From: Obrimoposthia wandeli
Lineage: Eukaryota
NCBI GenBank assembly: GCA_977020255.1
Contig: CDROCS010005826.1
Location: 62,001 to 126,000, forward strand
DNA length: 64,000 nucleotides
Direction of reading: 5' to 3'
A model generated the notes under the pieces. The model was given only the letters and a program-made list of their open reading frames with translations. It was not told where the DNA came from and did not search any database. Positions within the stretch are counted from its first letter, which is position 1, and every line of letters begins with the position of its first letter. Position numbers and translations under genes: made by a program. This document shows positions 21,481 to 30,370 of the stretch, piece after piece.

Positions 21481-21642
21481 ATGGGTGCTAGCCCTTCTTT
21501 ACCTAAACTTAAATTTTCTTTCTATTCAAATTGTTGTAATGGAGAAGATATGGTTCAATCCAAAAGATCCAATTGGCTACACAGGAGTTACAAAATTAGC
21601 AAAAAGAACAAAACAAAATTACAAAAACGCAGAAATGGCTAA
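21481..21642 (+). CDS. Small MGASPS...CC ORF overlapping the integrase start (shortened here by a 2-nt deletion)
   Basis: ATG GGT GCT conserved at 63195 (MGANPSLPKFKFSIYSNCCNG); N-myristoylation-type motif. Confidence 0.5.
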   Translation: MGASPSLPKLKFSFYSNCCNGEDMVQSKRSNWLHRSYKISKKNKTKLQKRRNG

Positions 21643-22563
21643 GCGATCAGTTAGCCTACAGTCTGAACAAGCCGATGAGAAGAAGGTTTCCAACTAGAGC
21701 TTACAAAACCAGCGGTCCTAATAATTTATGGCAAATGGATTTGATGGAGATGATCCCATATTCTTCCATTAATAAGGGATATCGATATATTTTAACATGT
21801 ATTGATGTATTTAGCAGGTTTGCTCGTGCATTTCCAGTTAAAGCAAAGTCTTCAATAGCTATGCTTGAAGCCATTAAAGAAATATTAAAAGAGGACATTC
21901 CACAAAATGTGCAAACTGATTTAGGAAAAGAATTTTATAATAAGCAAGTTCAATCATTATTTAAACAAAATAATATAAATCATTACTCTGTGTTTTCACA
22001 ATACAAAGCAGCAGTAGTAAAAAGATTTAATCGTACTCTAAGAGATCGAATAAAAATGTATTTCACAAAAGAAGGAAATAATAAATGGATCCAAGTTTTA
22101 CCTAAAATAATACATGCATATAATCACTCTGAACATAGAGGTCTCAAGGGAATGAGACCTGTTGATGTTACTAATAAAAACTCTATGGACATTTGGATGA
22201 ACAGGAATAAAAAAGAAAAAATTAAAAAAGCTAAATATAAGAAAAACGAATATGTTCGAATTTAGAAAATTAGCTATACTCCATTTATTAAAAACTTTGA
22301 TCAGATTTGGAGCGATGAAATATTTTGTATAAGTAAAATTGATAAAAAGAGTAATCCAATAATTTATACTATTAAAGATGCTGACAATAATATCGTTCAC
22401 GGTAAAATTTACGAGCAAGAACTACAAGTAATATCAAATAAACCTAGCGTTTTCCGTATTCAAAAAATATTAAAATCTAAGGGTACAGGTAAACATAAAC
22501 AATACTTTGTTAAATGGCATGGTTATTCAAACCCAACTTGGATATCAGCATCTAATATAATAT
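21539..22563 (+). pseudogene. Retroviral-like (c-)integrase with C-terminal chromodomain
   Basis: WQMDL, CIDVFSRFA, QTDLGKEF, KAAVVKRFNRTLR and YFVKWHGY motifs; frameshift at about 21625 and stop at 22263. Confidence 0.92.
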
Positions 22564-23623
22564 GAATTCTATGTATATGGTTTTACCAAGTAACGGATGT
22601 CCGAAGACTCAACCAGATAATGACGCTAGTAGCTTTATTATCGATTGGGAAAATCCTATAAATCTCCAAGGAGAATGGGAAGCGGCTTTAACAGAATTTT
22701 CTTTTTATTATTCTCCAATTACTATCAAAATAAACTCACATATCTCGTTTACAAAAGAAGTTGATAATGAAAAATCAATCGAAGTTGTGATTGGGTTTGA
22801 TAGTAAAGGAAAATTCTATTACAATTGTATAGATAAAGAAGTGAAAGTAATATTTGAAAAAAACAAAGTCAGATTTAAAAATAGACTAAAACATTTTTTA
22901 AAACCTATTCAAATTATATTTGGATCTGATAGAGAAGCTCTTCAATTCGGTTTTGATAGTGGACATGTAGTAGGTATGTAGAGATCTGATATAGCCTCAT
23001 CTAAATCGTTTAAAAATGTTCTTGATAGAGTAACAAAAGTGTTTTTAGTTGAAACGAGAACAAAGTATGTAGTGGAATTGAAAATGTTTTCAAAAGATTA
23101 TAAATTAGATAGTGAAGTGAATTTCTGTAAATTAATACAGAAGGAATGCTGTGAATATTTCGATAAATGTGTAACATTAAATGGTAAATTAACGTTTACA
23201 GTAAAGAGCAATATAATACGAGTTTTATTTGATGATAAACTCGCTAAAAACCTTGGTTTAAACAGAAATACATTTGAAACCCTTACAATAAAAACCATAA
23301 AAGCTAAAAATAAGGCAAAACTTTTAAATGCTGTTAATCATTTATATATTTATACTAATTTAATAGAACCAACGCTTGTAGGAGGACAGCGAGTTCCACT
23401 TTTGAGAACAATGTGGATATCTAAAAATGAAACTAGAGATGGGGACGCTGTCGGTATGTGTATAGATCAACCAATGTATCTTCCAGTTTCTCTCTTTTCT
23501 ATAAACAATATTGAATTAAATATTAGAGATGATTCCGGACAACTAATAGATTTCACGTATGGGGCCAAGACAAGTTTAACAATACATTTAAGAAAACAAA
23601 ATGGCGAATCCAGCAATAATTGA
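22562..23623 (+). pseudogene. Penton/minor capsid protein (single premature TAG at 22979)
   Basis: N-terminal MVLPSN...INLQGEWEAALTEFS and C-terminal LYIYTNLIEPTLVG...VPLLR...YLPV...IRDDSG...LTIHLRK. The copy at about 61735 has AAG at the stop position. Confidence 0.9.
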
Positions 23624-23978
23624 AGCTTATAGTCAAAGCCAACAAGGTGGAGAATTACCATATTTTGTTGGTAAACAATACGGATCTGGCTGGCTTAGAA
23701 CATTAGGTAGATTTGCCTTTCCTCTTTTAAAGAGACTCGGGCGATTTATATCAAAATTAGGAAAAGATTACCTTTCATCTAAGGACAACAAACTAATACC
23801 AACTTTTAAGAAGCATGCTCTTGATGAACTTGATAATGCGTTACCTGAAGTTGCTAATTTGATTAGAAAACGTAAATCAAATAAAAGCCAAGGAGGTAGT
23901 GGATTTAAAAGTATAAAGAAGCAAAAAATTAATATAAACAAACGTAAGAATGTTGAAGGAACACTATTTGCAAAATGA
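23601..23978 (+). CDS. pVI-like amphipathic core protein with QxGG/GSG protease sites
   Basis: QQGGELPYFVG-x-QYGSGWLRTLGRFAFPLLKRLG amphipathic helix, directly upstream of MCP. Confidence 0.75.
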   Translation: MANPAIIEAYSQSQQGGELPYFVGKQYGSGWLRTLGRFAFPLLKRLGRFISKLGKDYLSSKDNKLIPTFKKHALDELDNALPEVANLIRKRKSNKSQGGSGFKSIKKQKININKRKNVEGTLFAK

Positions 23979-24648
23979 GTTGCGCCAAAACTGAATTATG
24001 TATTTTTGATAAACCGCTTCCACAAGTAGTTGTAGATAATGCTTTCTTTGAAAAAATATTCCTAGTTAACTCAGTTTCAGGAACCACTTTAACCGATTTA
24101 GAATTTAATATTAATGGTTCCAATAGCGAGTATTTAGATTCGAATGATACTTTGCTTTATGTTCAAATAAAAGTATTAAATCGGGATGGTACTAATTTAG
24201 ATGAAAATGCCGATGTAACACCTGTAAATTATCTATTTAATTCTTTATTTAATGATGCCATTGTTACTCTTAATAATGTCAAAATTGAAGGTGGAAATTC
24301 TTCCTATGCTCATAAAGCTTTGATTGAAAGTCTTTTGAATTATAGTACTGATACTCAAAATACTAATTTGGCAACCCTTGGTTATGATAAAACTGTTGCA
24401 ACTCGCAAAGAATGGATTACAGGTTCTAAAGCTTACGAAATGTGTGGGTCTTTGAGATTGAATTTCTTTGAACAACCGAAATATTTAATTCCCGGTGTTA
24501 ATGTACATCTTCGTTTGAAACGTAATAAATGGAATTTTTCTTTGATAAGCACGGACCTTTTAAAACCTAGACTTGATATTTTGGATGCAAAATTGTATGT
24601 TCGAAGAGTTAAAATCGAGCAATCAATTTTAATGGCACATAACCGTAG
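23975..24648 (+). pseudogene. Double-jelly-roll major capsid protein, N-terminal half (truncated)
   Basis: CAKTELCIFDKP-x-Q, LEFNINGSNSEYLD, PVNYLFNSLF, KALIESLLNY and LYVRRVK motifs typical of Polinton MCP. Confidence 0.9.
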
Positions 24649-25661
24649 CTGATGTTGTACTGTAGCAGGTGCTGCCGATGTTGATGAGACAGTGGCAGTT
24701 GTAGAGGCTGCATTTGAAGCTGACCTTGCCGATGAAGAAGCGGCTGTTGTAGAGGTTAGTGCTGCTGAAATAAATATATTAAAAAATAAATATATTTTTA
24801 AAAATTATTACCTCTAAGGCGTGCTAACATCGATGTAGGCACTCGCGATGGTGGAAGCATATCTGTTGTAGCAGATGGCGATTGTATATCTTGTATATAT
24901 TGTATATCCTGAATAAAAAATAAAAATAAAAAATATATAATAAAAAATAAAATATATAATTACAATTTACAAAAATAAAAAAATACCTAATGATGGCAAT
25001 CCAAGTTGAGCTGGAATGAAGTCCTCTTCATTGATGGAATCCATCCAGCTGTCGTCCGTTGACTCGACGAAATCGGATTCCTCGATGGTGTCCAACCATG
25101 AGTTATCGCTCCACTGAGGCTGCTCCATCTCGAAATCTGACTGGGTGATATTTCGCATCCAGTCATTGTTTGAGAATTGGGTTGCTGGTGCCAACTCCTC
25201 AAAATCTTCTTCGGATATGTCGTTCATCCACTCATTGTTAGACATTTGAGTGGATGGGGCAGCAGCAGAATCAGGAGCCGGGAGAGAAGGACCAATGGCA
25301 GGACCATAAACTGGTAGACTGACTGCCACTGGAATTGGAGGTGGAGCTGGAGCGGTCTGCGAATCGCGCACCAATTGGACGATATCCCTCTTCTTGTTGT
25401 TGGCCGTGAAACACGATAGGTGAGCTCGATGTTCACAGAAGAATTTTCGAAACTCCTTCTCCTCCATTGTTCTGCAGAAGGGGCAGACGAAGAAGTGAAC
25501 ACCTTGAGACTTTGTCCAGTAGTATGCAGACATTGTCTCCATGCAGGACTCTCCTCCATGCGGAGCCGAAGCACCACAATACGCAGGGAATAGGTTACAC
25601 GTAATCTAAAATAATAAATATTAATAAGGAAATAATAAAAATAAATTCTTACCATAGGCAT
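24648..25661 (-). pseudogene. polB: polB 5' exons (copy 2): micro-exon MPM, Cys/His and acidic-repeat exon, Ser/Ala/Thr linker
   Basis: Inverted homologue of 13897-14830 with the same three splice junctions (for example intron 1 at 25652..25606, 47 nt). Confidence 0.85.
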
Positions 25662-25759
25662 TATTTTAAATTGTCGGGGATTTAAATGAAGAAAGTGTTT
25701 GCTTATATACTAAAATTTATGCACACATGCTCTTTTCCTATTGGATTAAATAATTGAAT

Positions 25760-25885
25760 TTATTCCTCCACTGAGAAGGATTGTTTATCTGTTATTGGTT
25801 GAAAAAAATAATTTTATTCCTCCAATTAAAGAGAAGGATTGTTTATCTATTATTGGTTGAAAAAATAATTTTATTCCTCCAATCA
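25760..25885. repeat. About 55-bp tandem repeat (about 2.3 copies) upstream of polB
   Basis: TTATTCCTCCA...GAGAAGGATTGTTTATCT...ATTGGTTGAAAAAA recurs at 25760, 25814 and 25871. Confidence 0.8.
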
Positions 25886-25948
25886 AAAGGCTTATTTGTA
25901 AATAATTGTAAAATTTTAATAATGAATTCCTCCAATTAGAAGAATTGT

Positions 25949-26437
25949 TTATCTACATGTCAAGTAATAATAAGAAAGACTTAAACATTTTTTATATGCG
26001 CAATGGTCACCATGATTACGATATGGACAGCAAATATTTTGTGGAATTTTTAATAGATGATCACGTGAAATATTTAAAGTATTCAACCTCAATTTAGGAA
26101 AATATTTTTTTAAAGTCATATATTTTTTGCCATCCTTTCCATCTAAAACATAAAAAATTCCATTTTCAATATCAAAATTAGATTTAATAGTATCGAAAAT
26201 ACATATTTCACAAAAAGCCTTATGTCCTTCTTTCCATTTTAATAAATGGAAATATTTAGTTAGATATAAATTAGTAAATTTTTTCTTATAATCTAAACTT
26301 TTAAATGGGATATCTATATGAAATATGAAATGCAAAGGATGAAAAACGTCGCATACATCCATAATACATAATTCTTTTATAATATAATCCCCATTTTTGT
26401 TAATGAAAGCCTCAAAATCTATGATATATTCCTGCAT
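25949..26437 (-). CDS. DEDD-exonuclease/MAEL-like protein (intact)
   Basis: IIDFEAF...IIKELC, FHLLKWKEG and CCPYRNHGDHCA motifs. Confidence 0.65.
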   Translation of the reverse strand: MQEYIIDFEAFINKNGDYIIKELCIMDVCDVFHPLHFIFHIDIPFKSLDYKKKFTNLYLTKYFHLLKWKEGHKAFCEICIFDTIKSNFDIENGIFYVLDGKDGKKYMTLKKYFPKLRLNTLNISRDHLLKIPQNICCPYRNHGDHCAYKKCLSLSYYYLTCR

Positions 26438-26583
26438 AATTACCCAAATTTGTAGCAAATACCGTTGTTTATAACGAAAAACTATTAATCAAAAATTTAT
26501 TAAAATGACGAGGTAGTATTTAGACAATTTTATATTTAGACAATTTTATAACATATTGAATAAACACAAAGTAATCAATAAAA

Positions 26584-26904
26584 TTAATTTTTTTGTGGAA
26601 GGACCCTCTTCCGGTTTAATCTGGAGGATTCGCTTTCTTGCTGCTCGCCGAACATCTCCGTCTCTCCTCTTCTTTTTTCCTCCACCTTCTTTTTTTCCAT
26701 TTCGATTTTCTTGTTCCACTCCACGCCCCGACGTCGTTCTGCTAGCCGCCTGTCCTGAATCTCCACCCGACGATTCCACTCGGTCGCGACAGCAGTATAC
26801 AAATTCTGGTTGAGGATCCTCTTTCGTAAGTCTCCTTTCTTCTCATTTATTCTTATGTTTGCCTCGATATTCGTCACCAAACTTTGCAATTTAATAAATT
26901 CCAT
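26584..26904 (-). CDS. Small charged coiled-coil protein
   Basis: 106-aa ORF; homologue at 12756. Confidence 0.6.
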   Translation of the reverse strand: MEFIKLQSLVTNIEANIRINEKKGDLRKRILNQNLYTAVATEWNRRVEIQDRRLAERRRGVEWNKKIEMEKKKVEEKRRGETEMFGEQQESESSRLNRKRVLPQKN

Positions 26905-27369
26905 TTTTTAATTATGAAGATGTTAATAAATTTGAACCTATATATATAAATTTAAGATATTTTTAATCCAGTCACAAGCAATTAAAATATATTTATCAAA
27001 TGAAAGTTTAATAAATATATAACTAATCATTGCATTTATATTTAATCCTAAAAATTTTTAATTATTCCTTAACAATCCAATCACATTCGAATAAGTTAAC
27101 TTTATTTTTAATCTTGTTATTTTAATAAACTTAAAGAGGATATTTTAATATTACTAAATTCTAAAATAAATAATAATAAAAAGACAACACAAGAAACTAA
27201 TTTTTGTAAATTATATTTTTGAACAATTTTACGAAGTCATCATTGTTATCATCCGGGTCGTAATCCCTCCGACTAAGTATAATTGGAGAAAGCGGAACTG
27301 GTTCCTTCTTCTTTGGCCGGCCCGGTTTCTTTTTCGGCTTCACCGGTTGCTGTACAGGTTGCGAGCCTG

Positions 27370-27699
27370 TATTTATTACTCGTTTATTACTCCTGTATTT
27401 ATTACAAGTTTCGTATGATGATTGTATTTTCCTACGCCCTAAATGCTACAGTTTACATGCATCTAATAATACATGTTCAATGAGAGCAAAGGGTGTGGGA
27501 AGAAATAATCTTACATTGGGCATACCGGAAAGTTTATGATACTGGGTGTATTGAAAGCGTTGAGCAAACTAGATTTATTTCAAGAGCCCATCAACTATAT
27601 TCCCATAAATCAACAAAAATCGCTTTGAGTAGTAATGACGACAAGCGCGTTTGGGTAGAAAAGAACGCTAGCCTGGCTTATGGACACTTCCGAATTTAA
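27370..27699 (+). pseudogene. polB: polB C-terminal fragment (continuation of copy 1)
   Basis: CIFLRPKCYS, RAKGV, HQLYSHKSTKIALSSNDDKR and YGHFRI* motifs. Confidence 0.85.
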
Positions 27700-27977
27700 A
27701 CGGTTTTCATTTTTTGATTTTTTTAGTTTAGTTTTTTTTAATTTTAGATTTATTTTAGATCCCTATTTAGAGCACCTTGACTCTAACTTTTTGTTATTTC
27801 AAAATATTTTTTAGGATGGACCTTATCTTTGCTGACAGATCTCATTGTGATGTTTTTTTAATAAATGTATTAAAACAAATTTCGTCTTATGTCTTTTATT
27901 ATTTTACCCTTACATTTTTAGGGATTTAAAAAAATAATTCAAAATAAAACATTAAAAATATTTATTTTTATAACACA

Positions 27978-28300
27978 CTAATCGTTTTGCAACGATAACC
28001 ATAAAATACATAAATGTCCACAGTTTCTCGTCGCAGGATCCTGATATTGTATCTTGTTGTAAAATACTCTTCTTCATCCTTTTTGAACAGTTGAAACAAG
28101 CTTGTGTGAATAATACATTGCAAGTGGTTCAAATACATGTATTGTCCACTCTTTTACATAAATAGCTATCCAATGTTCTCCTGGTAAATTCGAAGTAATG
28201 TAGCCTCCCGATTTAAAAAAAGGATCATATCAATATGATAAAGTTCATTGAATTTTTCATGTTTTCTCTACTAATTCTTGTATTTTCACCGAACTGGCGC
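27978..28300 (-). pseudogene. Adenain-like cysteine protease
   Basis: NLPGEHWIAIYV, VFEPL and IQYQDPATRNCGHLC catalytic motifs. Confidence 0.88.
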
Positions 28301-28329
28301 TAAAACAAATGGGAAAAATGGACTGTGAC

Positions 28330-29213
28330 TTTTAAACCCATTTAAAGAAATACCATTGTTTATATTTTTATCTAGTTGACTCAAATTTCGAATAATAAAT
28401 CAATTTATTAGCCAGAGCATAAGCGTTAATTTCAAAATCTGTTTTATGGGTTTCGCGATAATCACTATTTCTTAAAGGTGTCGCTGAACTCACATTCAGA
28501 TTATTAAATTGTGTTACACCTGTCGTATAATTTCCTAGAACTTTTGCAGTTTTTTTGAAATGAAATAAAAACGAATTTGTGTAATCTTACATAACCAAGT
28601 ATTTGATGCCTATTAGAAGCTTGTGTATCTGAACTCAAAGACTATATTATAAATTTAATTTCTATAAAAGGATAAAAAGTATTGATTTTTCCATTCCTAT
28701 ATTATGTGATATTAAAACTGATTGCTCGGTTTAACTCTTTGAACATACATGTTTGCATCCAAACTATTAAGTTTAGGTTTTAAAACTTATGTGATTAACA
28801 AAGAAAAATTATATTAATTGCGTTACAAAAGAAGATTAACACCGGGAATTAAATATTTAAATTGTTCAAATAAGTTTAGTCTCATAGACCCACTCGGTTG
28901 ATAAGTTTTATAACCTGCATTCTATTTTTTGTGAGTTGCAGCTGTTTTTTCAAAACCAAATAATAGGTGTTACATATGCATTTTATGCTAAATTAGAACC
29001 ATCTCGATTTTTTACTTTTAGTTGAACATAAAGCAAATTATCACTCAAATCTTAATAATCGTTATTGGAACCAATGATATTAAATTCTAAATCGGTTAAG
29101 GTAGTTTCTAAAACTTAGTTAACTATAAATATTTCTTCAAATGAAGCATTATCTACAAGAACTAGTGGAAGTGGTTTATCAAAATTACACAAATCAGTTT
29201 AGTTGCAACACAT
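28330..29213 (-). pseudogene. Major capsid protein, heavily degraded near-full-length copy
   Basis: Reverse complement matches 23975-24130 and KYLIPGVN (24480), and continues beyond the copy-2 breakpoint. Confidence 0.75.
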
Positions 29214-29256
29214 CTTTCAAATGTTGTTCCTTTAACTCTCTTACATTTGATTATCA

Positions 29257-29571
29257 CAGTGATTCCAAAAGTGGGTTCCACGGAATACTAGAGATTCATA
29301 GACAAAATCAGAGGTTATGCAAGCTGATTTTTGTAATTGCAAAAATTGGCATTAACATTACTCGCCTCTATCTACCAGGGCATAGGCCCACTATAACTAC
29401 TTAATAAATACTTCATTAGTTTACCTTTAAATACTTTATTCATTTTTTCAATATAAATAAATTTTATTTCACTATAGTTTTAAGTTTTCTTTTTTTTTAA
29501 ATAGGTAGGGATTCCAATATTTTTAAACAATACCAAAGGATTCCACGGCCTAAAAAGTTTGGGAACCACTG
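29257..29571. mobile_element. hAT (Charlie-like) MITE inserted in the Polinton
   Basis: Ends CAGTGATTCCAAAA... and ...AAAAAGTTTGGGAACCACTG; interrupts collinear Polinton sequence; target-site duplication not clean. Confidence 0.65.
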
Positions 29572-29579
29572 ATTTATAG

Positions 29580-30370
29580 AAATATGTTGCTTCGGTTTAC
29601 GTTTAACTAATCTACTTTCTTGACTTTTACTTGATTTACTCTTTCTTATTAAATTAGCAACGTCGGGTAGAACATTATCTAGTTCATTAAGTGGATGCTT
29701 TTTAAAAGTTGGTATTAATTTGTTATCCTTAGATAAAAAGTAGTAATTTACTTATTTTGATATAAATCGTCTGAGTCTCTTCAAAAGATGAAAGGCAAAT
29801 CTACCTAATGTTCTAAGCCAGCCAGATCCATATTGTTTACTAACAAAATATGGTAATTCTCCACCTTGTTGGCTTTGACTATAAGCTTCAATTATTGCCG
29901 GATTCGCCACTTTGTTTTCTTAAATGTATTGTTAAACTTGTTTTGGCTCCGTATGTGAAATCTATTAATTGTCCGGAATCATCTCTAATATTTACTTCAA
30001 TATGGATTATATTTAAGAGAGCGATTGAAAGATACATGGGTTAATCTATACGAATACCGATCACTTCACAAATTTTTGTTTGACTTTGAGTGGGATAATC
30101 TCCATCAAATCCATTTGCCATAAATTATTAGGACCGCTGGTTTTTTAAGCTCTAGTTGGAAACCTTCTTCTCATCGGCTTGTTCAGATTGTAGGCTAACT
30201 GATTGCTCAGCTATTTCTGCGTTTTCTTGTAATTCTGTTTTGTTAATTTTGCGAATTTTGAAACTCCTGTGTAGCCAATCGGATCTATTGAATTGAATCA
30301 TATCTTCATTAAAACAATTTGAATATATAGAAAATTTAAATTTAGGTAAAGAAGGGTCAGAACCGATATA
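29580..30370 (-). pseudogene. Fused remnants: pVI-like, penton 3' end, integrase 5' end
   Basis: Homology to 23480-23930 and 21480-21750. Confidence 0.75.

Larger units (their letters stand above)
17629..27365 (+). mobile_element. Polinton copy 2, nested in polB of copy 1 in the opposite orientation, with a central deletion
   Basis: AGTAGGTGG terminus at 17629; right-arm genes on + to 24648, joined to an inverted copy of 12330-14830. Confidence 0.85.
10149..30370 (+). mobile_element. Polinton/adintovirus-like copy 1, interrupted in polB by nested copy 2
   Basis: AGTAGGTGG terminus at 10149. Left-arm genes and polB run on + to 17628, polB C-terminus resumes at about 27370, then adenain, MCP, pVI-like, penton and integrase fragments run on the minus strand. 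Confidence 0.75.

Noticed and set aside
22979-22981. Programmed stop read-through in the penton (and TGA at 16485 in polB)
   Set aside because: Another copy has a sense codon (AAG) at the penton site, and scattered stops and frameshifts fit ordinary decay.
20425-24475. Antisense ORFs over ATPase, integrase, penton and MCP (for example 20425..20646, 22098..22418, 23467..23661)
   Set aside because: Shadow frames of real genes; their recurrence in other copies simply reflects DNA homology.
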